Below, in pieces: positions 36,753 to 48,198 of a stretch of 64,000 nt of DNA (within the stretch, counting starts at the first letter, position 1; each line of letters opens with the position of its first letter). A program made the position numbers and the translations under genes. Under the pieces are notes generated by a model, which did no database searches, was not told the DNA's origin, and worked only from the letters and a program-made list of their open reading frames with translations. This DNA is from Dudresnaya verticillata. Its lineage: Eukaryota. The stretch is from positions 496,001-560,000 of the forward strand of contig OZ374557.1 in NCBI GenBank assembly GCA_977862235.1, written 5' to 3'.

Positions 36753-37670
36753 AAAGCTTCGCTATCAGGGATGGCTGTCCCGCGAGTGAAAAACATGTTA
36801 AAGCTCGAAGAAAGCCAAACTGCAGCGGTAGCCAATCGCTTCTACAGAACGCGGACACAGGACATGCGCCAAGTGGACCAATCCCCGCCAGAATGCATAC
36901 GGACATTTGGCGGATGTTGCTGTGTGAAGAGCTTCGCCAAAAGGGCTTCTATATTGTTATCATATATGAACTTACGGACTCTTAAACCGCTCTCAATGCC
37001 TGCAACTATGCACAACGGATTGCAGAATCCCAGAATCCCGTTGATAGGCCGAGGACTGTGGAAAACCTGCAACAGGACGGAACGCAACGTCTTGTGCGTA
37101 AAAGGTTTCGGCGTTTTGATTTCACGAGCGCCTACACCTGGCCTGGGCCTTTAGTGAGGTATCTAGAGCACAACTTGGGGTTTCGCTGTTTGAGGTCCAA
37201 ACCCACTCCAGCGACTAGCGTGGCTCCAGAACGCATGCAACTGCTTGTGCTAGGGTGAGCTCATAACCCAAGACCTTCTCCTGCCCTTCGCTCACCACCC
37301 CACTGAATGCACCCCACATTGCTTTTCCATTTAGTATGTCCTTGCGGAAGCTATAGTTCAGGTGTACCTATTGTTCGGCTCTGAATGGTTGCAATATCAA
37401 GTCAAGGCCTCCTTATATTCGCAACGGGGAGGGTTTAGTGCTATTGAGATTTGGACACGCTACGGTTGCCACCCTCTAGGCGTGCCTTTGGGACAGGCGT
37501 ATGGGATCGCGAGCAGCTGCAGAGAGTGGCTGGCATATAGCACATACAGCTGATTTAGGACATATCGAAGCACACAGCACCAGCAAATACCTTCAACAGG
37601 CCGACGCAATGTACTTCCAAAGTTATGCCATTTCAAATGAGCATTTCGATTCCAATACCAAATCCTGACG

Positions 37671-38588
37671 CTAGTTTTGCGGGCGCAGCTGAGAGCTATA
37701 TGTTGCCATGTCCGCAGCTCTACCAACCGCTTCCTCTCTAATCCGACAGCTTTGAGCGCGCTGCTTGTGTTTGTTGACGTTCCCACGTTCCGAAAACCTT
37801 AAGCCGCAATGTTCGCAGATATATGGCCTTTCCCTTCTGTGTACGGTGCGGATGTGTTTGGACAAGGTACCCTTATGTGCAAACGTGCTGTCACAGATGT
37901 CGCACTTATATGGTCGGCGCTTTTGATGAACCGCAGATATATGTTGAAGGCGGTCGTACTTTCGTTTGAACAATGTACTGCAGATTGGACATGGCGCCTC
38001 CTTTCGCCTGCTAAGTCCGACAGCCTCGTCTTCAGGGCTTCGTATTCCCTCACCATAACGCTTCCCAATAGTGCTCGAAATCCCTCTCCTTTCTGCATAT
38101 CCTACACTCTCCGGCTCCCATGAATCACGTAGACAGGTTCTGCTGAAACCTTTTGCAGACGGCATTACTCGCGGCTCTTCATGTAGTACAGTGTTCCAAA
38201 AGTCCCGTCGCTGTGATATTGCATTGGAGTTCCTTGAAACATTACACTTCTGCACCCCTGGCTGCACACGCTGGCCTTGCACTGTGGGCTGTAGGAGGAG
38301 CGGACTTCGTCGGTGCTCCTGCGTCGGTTTCGGCTCGGCTCTGGGAATACGAGTCGTCTTGAGATGGTGTGGCCCAAGGAGATTCTTCTCTGCAGGTACC
38401 AGCGCAGAGGGCTTGAAGGGACCTAACTTGTCAAATAGGGACTGGCTGCGGGCAGAGGAGAGGTGCCACTGCATGTGTTTCAGTGCAGTAGCTTGAGACA
38501 TCCTCAAGCAATAGACAGTAGAAGAGCTCTCACTTACGCTCTCACTTACCGTTGCGAACAATGCGTCGAGCTGTGATGTGTTGGGCAT
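37671..38588 (-). CDS. C2H2 zinc-finger transcription factor (three tandem fingers), probable host gene
   Basis: Open 305-aa frame with CPIC..HISAVH, linker QKRRPY, CDIC..HIRTVH, linker RRERPY, and CEHC..H..C. Confidence 0.88.
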   Translation of the reverse strand: MPNTSQLDALFATVSESVSESSSTVYCLRMSQATALKHMQWHLSSARSQSLFDKLGPFKPSALVPAEKNLLGPHHLKTTRIPRAEPKPTQEHRRSPLLLQPTVQGQRVQPGVQKCNVSRNSNAISQRRDFWNTVLHEEPRVMPSAKGFSRTCLRDSWEPESVGYAERRGISSTIGKRYGEGIRSPEDEAVGLSRRKEAPCPICSTLFKRKYDRLQHISAVHQKRRPYKCDICDSTFAHKGTLSKHIRTVHRRERPYICEHCGLRFSERGNVNKHKQRAQSCRIREEAVGRAADMATYSSQLRPQN

Positions 38589-39101
38589 CTATCCGGCAAC
38601 CGCTTGTCTTCCCAAGCCCGCCTCGCGCAAGTTGGATATTGGGAGGCCGCCGCGAAAGCGTAGATCCGACCTGCACTCGTCATAGTGAAGCCCGGAGGGT
38701 AATTGCACACAGTAGCCAGCCCACTTATTGCGTCGAAAGTCGCGTTCACAGCAGTAATAATATTATCTGTGTGAAACCTTTTCTCAGCAAGTGACCGATA
38801 ACAGAAACTGATGGGTACCGTGAATCTCCACATAAATCGATTGGTATCGATAAGCAAACAATAGTGCTGCAACGCCGGGGCTGTCACCAGGTGCTCCTAC
38901 GCTGCGATAGCGCAAGAGGCAAGGCTTGCTGTAGCGGCCTTTCTGTCGCTGTAATGAAACTGTAAGCACTTGCCGTTGGTTGGACCCAGAATGGTGGTTC
39001 ACTGTGGGTGAATGCTGAATGAAAAGGAGGCTCTGTGGCACTCTTTTCGATGTTTGCCTCCGGATTTGGTTCCGGTTTTTGTTGGCCTACCTCCTCCCTG
39101 G

Positions 39102-39130
39102 GTTGGGGCGGGGCGAGGCCTCTTTATACC
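39102..39130 (-). promoter_or_regulatory. Candidate TATA box (TATAAA at 39128-39123) and adjacent GC box for the zinc-finger gene
   Basis: Motif match only, about 540 nt upstream of the ATG. Confidence 0.35.
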
Positions 39131-39201
39131 CGTCTAACTCTAGCAGCGACTAGCTTTGTAGCTTAAATAGACCTACTAAAACAAGCGTTCTAGTCAACTA
39201 C

Positions 39202-40107
39202 TGTAGTAGAACGCTGTACCGCAGTCAGGATAAAGAGAGCCTCCCGAGTACGCGGCGATTGGTAAATGGGGATAGAAAGGGAAAGCAGGGAGGCGAAGTT
39301 GGAGGCTAGGTCACTGTGGATTGTTTAGAGTTCCCCTCGTCTGTACTAACGCTCATTCGCTGCTCAGGCATTGCAGTGTGTACTAGAATGACTTCTAAGT
39401 CAACAAGGACAACAACACAACAAGACAGCTGTCTTAGAAGATACTCCACTGCGGGAAGGTAGCTCGGTAAAAGGGGTTGGTAGAGACTTGATAGGGCTTA
39501 AAGCCCTAAGAAGAGGGGGGAAAGGAAGCCGAACCCAGCCGTGTAGAGCAGTTCATCCTAGACCACGGGGCTTGTAGACGCCCAAGAGGATTTGTAGCGG
39601 TAGCATCTCAAGTATCCAAAAAGGGTAAAACCCAAGGCACAGGCCGCTGCCAATTTAGTGCCGGGCCGGCCCCTGCTACTCAGGGGTCCCATAAATACGG
39701 CGAGAGCCGAAAAGGTGCTACTCGCTCAGTTAGAGTTCTAATGCTAATACTTAGCTAATACTGTACAATACAGTTATGATACGTCCTTAGATAGGAATGA
39801 GTGCTCAGGCCACGAGGCGTACGCGTCGTCACTGTCAGGCGCCGCGGGGCAAACATCTGCCAGCAATCCATGGCGTCATGATGCGGTCATAGTTAATCCC
39901 CAAATGGCATAGAGCCATCTCACCTGGAGCAGTTCGCCTTACAAATTAAAGCTTTACACGTGTTTCCTTACAGCGCAGGAGTGCTTCAGCAATTTAATCA
40001 ATCTGTAAGCCAGTCATATCACCCGGGCGGGTGTGCGCCTGCCATTCGTTACAAAGGACTCGTGTCCACGTGGCTCCTTACAGTATGTCAACGCCCGTTG
40101 TGCCACA
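39202..40107 (-). repeat. 3' LTR of E
   Basis: Minus strand TGTGGCACAA...CTACTACA after PPT AGGAAGGGGGCCG. Core similar to the LTR of C. Confidence 0.85.
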
Positions 40108-40904
40108 CGGCCCCCTTCCTAGAACTGAGCGACCACGCTCAGTCCAGAGTTGACAGCAACACCGTTTCCAATTACATGGACCGTTGAGATTTCAATCTTA
40201 GTCCGTTCATTGGCCCAGCCAACGCAGTTGGCAACCGCCTCCCAATTTTTCGGGGTTCCCCACCCGTATTGACAAGCGTCGAATGTTAAATCAGGACGGC
40301 CAGAACCGTCAACGGCGACCGTGCAACTCACGACTGGTATCGATTCCGCGGGCTGCTCGTGCGGCGAGCTCCTATTAAACCGACTAGGACTCTTGTCCCC
40401 TTCTCACTCTCCCGCAAGCAAGACCGGACGCAACCAACCTCCCTGTCTTCCGCGCCGGCTATCAGTGCTCTGTCTACCCCTACCAATCGCGCCGGTGGAC
40501 GCCGCTTCGTCGCGGTGACTCGTTGTTGCGACCCACGTCGCTTCTGTGCAACGTACCAACTGACGCCGCCGATGTCGACTGCAGACCTCCTTGTCTGTTC
40601 CGGTGCCTTTGTGAGCGTGTGCCACTTGCGCCGGGGTTCTTGCGCGAAGAATTTGCCAACTAGCCGGAGACTTTTCAGGTCGCGCTCGCTGTCTCTGCGG
40701 ATCGGTTTTGGAGCCGACTGCCAGTAAGAGGAGAACGGCTTGCAAGCCGTAGGATCTTTCAGGTCGCGCTCATCACTCGTCGGAGTGATTTTGGAGCCGA
40801 CGGTCAGAAGGCCTCCGTGCCTTAGGAGAATCACTCAGGTTGTGCTCGTCGAGTCTTTGGATCGGCTCTGGAGCCGACGTATCAGTTGAATTCACATCGG
40901 GGCT

Positions 40905-43155
40905 ATGGCGCCCCCGCTAGCGTATGGAGCTGCCGGCTCGAGTGCAAATGTGCTCGGGCACGAGGTGGGTGCGGCAGGTATGCCGTTTGCTGTTTCTCAT
41001 AGCCGCGACTGGCTCCTGCGTACCGACCTTGCACACCTTAAGGTGCGGGCAGGTGCCAGTCGCGAGGAGATTCGACGTCGCGGAAGTCGTACGGCTCAAA
41101 GCCGCGTTTGGAACACCTTTATGCGATCTCGGTTACGTATCCTAACCGGTACGAACCGCTTCTTACCCCATCTCGATGGCGATGCCAGTACCCTTCAATC
41201 GGATCTCGCCTATGTGCGATTCCGGCATGAAGTTCCGTGGAGCAACACCATAGCTCAGAAGCTAGATTCGACCGCCAACGCACTGGAAGAGATCCACCAG
41301 AACGGAGAGTGGGATCTAAGTACGGGCATGCATGAGCGGCCGCTTATTCGTGCGGGCAGGGATAATTTCCCGTATACTTTGGCTCTCATCGTGAGATGGG
41401 ATGAGTCGTCAAACTTGAAGTATGCCCTCGACAACCCGCAGACGGCGAAGCCGTTGGAATATTCTCGCTTCGAGCGTCGTGAACGTCATAAGACGGGTTG
41501 CTTGGTTCCTTGCCATTGCCAAGAGGTATCGGTTATCAAGCCGTAATTCTACAATGGGAAGTGTCCCCAGGTGCCGGACGATCACAAGAACTATGAAGTG
41601 TCCTATTCCATGCCCGTTGGTGTTCCCACCATTATCGCTTATCCGGGTCTAGAAATGATGGCGAAGGCCGTGGATGATAGTGTGCTGTGGAGCATCTTCA
41701 GACATGAGTGGGTCGTCTCGGTAGCCCAGACCCTTGTCTACGAGGCCCGGCGTGGCCTATTATTCTTCATTGGGCAGCCGCTTCGGGTGGCGATTAGGGC
41801 CCTGGGCCCAGCGGGGTTGACCGCTAATGACTCCGACGCTGAGGACTTGGAAGCCCTGCTGTGCTTTGTGGAGCGGATCAAGTGGAGTCGGATCTCCAAG
41901 CGTAATCGTCATCTCCCAGAAAACACGGGGCATTTGACGCCGGTCTTTGACCGCGGGGATTGGGTCGACTTTGACCCCCTCAAGTGGCATTCGGTTTTGC
42001 TCGACTATGTGATACAGCCGGCGCCGTCTGAGGAGAGCCCTCTAATTCTCGACGAAGGTATTCGTATGACCGGCGTCACCACTGGTTGGGTTAGTGCGAA
42101 ATGGCGTGAGCCCTGGCTCACGCCAGGGCCACAGACTCCGGACGATGTCCCGCTATTTGACAGTACCGTCGATGACCAGGCCCAGGGGCCTCATACACTA
42201 ACTGCTTCCGCATATGTGAAGGCGGATCAGGTCATCCGAGATGTGTTCAACAGACGTGGTCTGGCAATTCGCCTCTTTTCCAACTTGAAATTCACAGTCT
42301 TGCAGACTGGGTGGAAGAAGTCATGATAGACTATGAAAGTCAGTGGATAAGGACGTCTAGTCCTGTCGACCAGATGGAGCGCCTTCGCGCTCATTTCGAG
42401 TCTCTTCCTCCACTGGGCCGATGTGCCGCTAAGGCGGAGATCACCCCGCGTCGTGGCATAGGCCATATTGGGGCGTCTTCAGTCAAGATGGAGTCGACTA
42501 GCGTCGCAGGGCTTGTCCCTCGTGCTCAAACGAGCGAGGACATGGCAGTGGTGCCACGAGAGGATTCGTCGGCGACGGTGGTGAAGGGCGGGGGTTCGAC
42601 TTCAAAGCCAGTCGGGAGAGAGTTGCAGCAGGAGGCCGTCGCCTCGTCGGTGATACCTCAAGTGCCTACTACAGCGCTAGCCGGCTTTGCCCCATCGGGG
42701 GAGCTTCTGGGCGAAGACTGCCCACGTACTGGCTCTCAAGCCAAGGTGACGCAAAGCGCATGAGATCCGGCTTTGGGGTCGACAGCGGTCGCCCCTGGCA
42801 ACGAAGGCTCAAAGCCCATAACGGCTCATCCTCAAGAGGGGACCCAGGCAGAGAAGCCTCCAGTTGGCCGGGACGACGTTGTCGTGAAGACAGAGCTAGT
42901 CGTCAAAGAAGAGGACGAAGTGGAGCCCGGTGTTTCCCTGACTGCTCAAGGTGTGGAGGCAATGGAAATCGACCAGCGAGAGCGGGAAGCCGAGGTGACA
43001 ATAACGTGGAATCGCGTCGCGAACGCGGTAGTCGTCGACTTGGTCGAGGGCGTCGCGTTGTGCGCGAGGTCCATCGCGTAGTGGTTTCCCACTCGGCTCC
43101 GCAGCCTAACCCTCCGCTTGAGGAGGACGAGGTCATCGACCTGTTGTCCGATTAA
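40905..43155 (+). pseudogene. Antisense accessory gene of E (~750 codons, a few stops and frameshifts)
   Basis: ORF pieces are colinear with the F and C homologues, from MAPPLAYGAAGSS to PNPPLEEDEVIDLLSD. Confidence 0.9.
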
Positions 43156-43972
43156 GTTGGTTGCCCCATTACATTGCTCCCCTCTCTTATGTGCCTTCGG
43201 CGCCCGTCCCTTAATCCTCCTTACTTGGGCAAGAGCGGCTTATCCGCTAACGTAAAGTAATTCTTCTTGTTGAATCACCTCCGGCTTGGAGCCGACCTGT
43301 TCTTAGCTTAGCCCACTAAGCGCTCTGTACTCTCGGCATCATGACGCAAGTGCGCGCCGTACTCCTTGGAGGAGCCACTGTAGTCTGGTGCCACTGTGGG
43401 GGCACGTGTCGCGGATACTTCTTCCACGAATTTTGATTCGTCGTGTAATCCGCCTCCTTCCTTGGGAATTGCCAATGAGGAGCGGCCATCTCAGAGGGAG
43501 TCACTCTACAGTAAGGATGGTTCATACCGTAGAGTTGAACTCTTATTTGGTGCCAATGCCCGCCTTGCTGGTCAAGCGGGGCTTATTCGGGGTGAGACCC
43601 CTCTTTCTATGGAGAGGGGTGGTCGTGCCTCCTTCTTCCCGACCCTATCCTCCTTCCTTCCATTTTTAGCGCGGGGGCGAGCGGTGCCGGGGGACTTCTA
43701 GGTCATGGGACCTCCAAAAGAGAGTCATGGCTTATGAGTCATGAGGTTGTATGGGCAATTCGTGCTCTGGTGCGAGGACACCTGTTAGAGGCGATTATTA
43801 TCGGGTATGATACAGTGCCCATAGTGAGCCAGCTATCCCGCGATCGACATTATTAGGCCATGCTTTCGCTTTCGCCACCCCAGTAGAGGCTCTAAGCCTG
43901 AGGTTGCTTATTCCGCGTTTGTGAAAACGTCCCAGAGCTCGTGCCCTCTGATTTCCACCATTTCCTACAACT

Positions 43973-44085
43973 TATCCAAGGTCTTGAACCTTCCATATCA
44001 TCTATCCATTTCATCTATCCACAGGTCTTGAACCTTCTGTTTCATCTATCCATTTCATCTATCCACAGGTCTTGAACCTTCCATA
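43973..44085 (-). repeat. 44-bp tandem array inside E
   Basis: GGTCTTGAACCTTC at 43980, 44024 and 44068, with CATCTATCCA subrepeats. Confidence 0.9.
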
Positions 44086-44279
44086 TTATACATCGCATTG
44101 GCGCCTATTCCTCTAAGACATTAGTCTTGTGTTACACTCTCACTCGCCCCTTTTATCCAGAGAGAAGGAGGGAGAGACATACGCTCTTGGCATTGGCCAC
44201 TGATAACCAAGTGAGTTTCTCACATGAAACAGGGTTGCTGTCTGACCACAGGCTAATATACAGACTGGTATACCAGTAG

Positions 44280-47200
44280 TTAGGCGGGAAGGGGGATTCC
44301 CTTCTTACGGTGATACCGCTTGACTAAGTTATCCGGGAGATGCCGTCGTGGTTCCCACGTATCCTGCGAAGCAGGGCACTGGTACCAGCGTACCTTGTAC
44401 ATTTCCGACTCTGCGTCGTAGCCGACTAACTTGTCATAAACATGCTCCCGAGGGGAGCTTTCTTGAAACGTGGGAACTTGCGGCGGGGAGCCGTCTCGTC
44501 GGCTTCTGTAGCAGCTGGCTCGGCGACAGGCCGAGTAGGACTATTATCCCTGGATACCATTGCCGCGCGATCGCCTAATTCAGGCGGTATGAGAACCTCA
44601 CGAGAGGGTGCGGTTATGGAAACCGGGCCAGCGTCGTTATCGATATTATGGGTCTCTCGCCGTGGGGGCGAGACAGTCGGCGCATCTGCGGCCTCGGCAA
44701 CCGTTTCTAACAGCTCACTGCCGGGTTGAGCCTGTGCCCTTTAAACATCACTGGTATTTGGGGGTGTTGCCCTCGAGGGTGGGTATGCTGGTTCCGCATC
44801 GTCAGGCCCAGATTCCACGATAGGGGGCTCTTGCCCAATAGCGCCGAGCTCATCATTTGGTGATGGGGCCAGTGTTACACGATCCAGAGAGACCAACTCT
44901 TTTTCGCCAGCTTTTTGTAGCACGGCGGTGTGTATTCCTCGTTCGAGCACCTTAAAGGGCCCTAGGGCTTTTGGAAACAATTTCCCTTCTCGAGCCACGC
45001 ATTTGACATCTTTCATCTTCGTTTCTCTCTCGAGAAATACCCATTGGCCTGGGCGTACGTTCTGGTTAGTCAACCGCATACGATTGCTGAAGTTAACTTC
45101 ATATCGTCGTTGGGCCATCCGCAGGCGGGGTAATGCTGTATCCATCAGCTTCTCGAGCCGGGTAGTCAGCCGTTTCTTCACGTTAGGTGCTGGAACGTTT
45201 TCAACGTCTATTGTCTCGGCGTTTTCCATTAGAATGGACGTGGGAGGGTCAGATAAAAACCAAATCGACGGGCGCGAGACCCGTCGCGCGGTGAACGGTC
45301 GTATTATACGCGTACGTCAAAGCCGACGTGAATTCATCCCAATCCTTCTGGTCATCGGAGATGAAGTGTCTCAGCCCAGCCAACAAGGTTCTATTAAACC
45401 TCTTGGTTTGTCCATTCGTCTGTGGATTGTAAGTAGACGTGAACAGATTCCTGCTCCGAAGTATGCCATAGACGGCTATGAAAAACTTCGATGCGAACTG
45501 CGGACCGTTGTCCGACAAAACATAGCGGGGAGGCCCGTAAGTGTATACCCAATGTTCGCAGAACGCTCTTGCCACGGTGCAGGCCGTTACAGTTTTCAAT
45601 GGGACAGCCCTGGTGAGCTTTGAGAAGCGATCGGTTATTACGAGAACGTACTCGTTACCTTTGCTCGATCGGGGTAGCGGCCCTAGGATGTCAATCCCCA
45701 CGAATTCTAACGGCATCGTAGCCGGGGACAGCTTCATCTGCGAAGCATGTTGTCGTAATTGGGCTCGTTCCCGAGCGCATTTCACACAATTTCGAACGGT
45801 CGCGTATACGGCGAGAGCCATACCAGGCCAATAGACCTGTCGGCGCAAGTTATGATACATTCTGGTGCCACCGGGATGGCCTGCCATCTCGGGATAGTGC
45901 GCCAGATGTAGCACCCGTTCTTGAAGGACCCGAGGTATCACTATGTGATGGCTTCGATAGTTTTTTGTTGAATGATGTCCGGTGCATCTTTTTCGAGAGG
46001 GCTTCTTTACTTGACCGGCTTGGTTAAATAGTAACTCAAAGAGTAAAACAGCTTCAGCAGAAGTAAACTGACCCTAGAGGTATGTAAGTCCTAATCGTAA
46101 CCTACAAAAGATCGGGGGTAATACTGTAACCCAAGTGGAATAATCAGATGAGAACCTACCAGGAATTCCATCCTGGTACGCACTACCTGCAAGGTTTTGT
46201 CGATGTAAGACCGTCGGACTAAAAGTCCCCTTTCGTCTTCGAGGTAACAGCCTGGCTTTCCAGTTTCGATGGCAAGCTTAATACCCTTGCAGAATGTATC
46301 TGTCAATTGTGTGTGAAGTAGTTCTTCCACCCTAATCAGAGATAAAATCTTCTCGTCCACTTCCTTTTCAGCCACCGTGGCTATCAACTGCTCATCCTCG
46401 AATTCAAACTCGGCTAATTGGTCCTCGGGTTCGACTTCCCAAACCTCCAAAGGTCGCGGCTCGGTTTCGGCTCTCCATTTCCTTCGGTAGGACGATCGGG
46501 GAGGCCCTCGCACTCGCTGTCGGCGATAATGAAGCAAGGGATCTCTAGATCCGGTTCCCAACGTGTGAATCCATAAGTGGGTAGTCGCGAGACGGCATCC
46601 GCTATCTGGTTCTTATTTCCCTTACGGTATTGAATCGTGAAGTCGTACTCCAAGAGTCGCAAGCGCCAGCGCGCTAGACGACCTGATGCGCCAGTCATAC
46701 TCATCATCCACTTGACCGCTTCGCGGTCGGTATAGAAATCAAAATGCGACCTTTCCAAATACGGTCTGAGCATTTGTGTGGCCCAGGCTACAGCGAGACA
46801 CTCCTTTTCTCCAACGGAATAATTCCGTTCAGCCTGGGTAAGGCCTCGGCTCCAGAAACCGATCGGGTGGCGTGTGCCATCTGGCTCCACCTGCATAAGG
46901 GCACACCATATCTGATAATCACACGCGTCGGTATCTACCGAGAAAGGTCTATCTTCCTTAGGGAGCCGGAGGATCGGTGCCTCTATAAGTGCCTTTTTCA
47001 ACAGGGCGAAGGCTTCGCGATGCCGTTCATCAAACGGGGGTAAGTTCATCCCAACATCCTTCTGTAGAAGCCTATGAAGCGGAGACGCGATCCTAGCGAT
47101 ATTCGGTACGAACCGTCTATAGACGTTACACAATCCAATAAACGACCTTAGTTGTGTCTGAGTCGTAGCCTCCTTGAAACCTTCGATAGCTTGGGTGTTT

Positions 47201-48198
47201 TTGGTAGCCACCTCTAGCAGCCCTGGTCGGATCACATGTCCGAGGTAGTCCACGCTCTTTGTAAATAGATTACATTTCTTGAGCTTGAGCGATACGCCTG
47301 CTTGTTTCAATACAGAGAGTATCTCTTGAACGTGGCCTATGTGTTATTCGACACTCTTGGAAAAGACTATGATGTCATCCAAATAGACGAGGCAGGATTT
47401 CCATCTGTATCCCGATAATAGAATATCAACGGTTCGTTGAAACGTCGCAGGTGCGTTGCACAGTCCGAATGGCATTCGGCAGAACTGAAAGCAACCAGCA
47501 TGACAGGTGAACGCTGTCTTGGGCTTATCTTCAGCCGCAACTGGTATTTGCCAGTACCCCGAATTGCAATCGAGGGTGGTGAAATACTGGGCGTCGTCGT
47601 CCAAGCACTCATCCATGCGCGGTAGAGGATAAGAATCCTTGATGGTAATCGCGTTCAGTTTCCTGTAATCGACACAGAACCGGAGGGATCCGTCAGGCTT
47701 CTTAACCAGTACCACTGGACTTGCGAATTCAGAGCGTGCTGGCTCTATGACTCCTTCCTCGAGCATCTTATCGACTTCGTCCTGCTCCGCGTGTCGCGCT
47801 CTCGGCCCTGAACGATAGGGTTATGCGAATACAGGTTTGGAACCTTCAGTGAGCTCAATGCAATACTCCGTGACCTCTATGGTCCCTAATTTCCCGTTCC
47901 ACATGTCGGCGAAAGCACGCCTCATTTTGTGATCGCGGCGTCTGTCAGACGGGGATAGGCGTTCTAATTCCAAGTCGTCGACTGTGAGCTTCTCCGTGGC
48001 GGTTTTGACGCCTATTTTGGAGTTGGCCGCGCCAAGAGCAGCAGCTAGCCCTGCCCCCTACATCGAACGATGTATCGGCAGGAGGACTCGAGTCTTGTGG
48101 CTTCGGGTCCATATTGTCGGGGACATCGGCGATGGAAAGAGTATAAACTGGTGTGGCCGTCGGAGCGGGAACGGCGCGACCAATGACTTGGTTCTTAG
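44280..48198 (-). pseudogene. pol: pol of E, 3' part: RT, RNase H, integrase, chromodomain
   Basis: YLDD, DTDACD, GHPGG, SDNGPQF, LGPFKV, YKVRWYQ..DTWEP. Stop at 44280-44282. Confidence 0.94.
45944..46180. mobile_element. 237-bp insertion with 5-bp TSD, probable solo LTR
   Basis: CACTA at 45939-45943 and 46181-46185. Starts TGT and ends ACG. Removal restores LQVVIPRVLQERV. Confidence 0.75.

Noticed and set aside
36396..37670. Right terminal inverted repeat of the MULE, and Pack-MULE capture of the zinc-finger gene
   Set aside because: No reverse complement of the 32578-32826 motif array was found here or beyond the gene.
38071..38496. Plus-strand ORFs over the zinc-finger gene, and similar shadow ORFs opposite gag/pol throughout
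   Set aside because: Antisense shadows of real coding frames in GC-rich DNA, with no independent motifs.
38526..38549. Tandem GTAAGTGAGAGC donor-like sites in the zinc-finger gene
   Set aside because: The frame is open through them and no acceptor or branch point could be assigned, so an intron is not supported.
40905..43155. env gene interpretation of the extra ORF
   Set aside because: Opposite strand to pol, with no evident signal peptide, fusion peptide or C-terminal transmembrane anchor.
43973..44085. CRISPR-like array (also 57001-57120)
   Set aside because: Plain tandem repeats without unique spacers, in a eukaryotic retroelement, with no cas genes.
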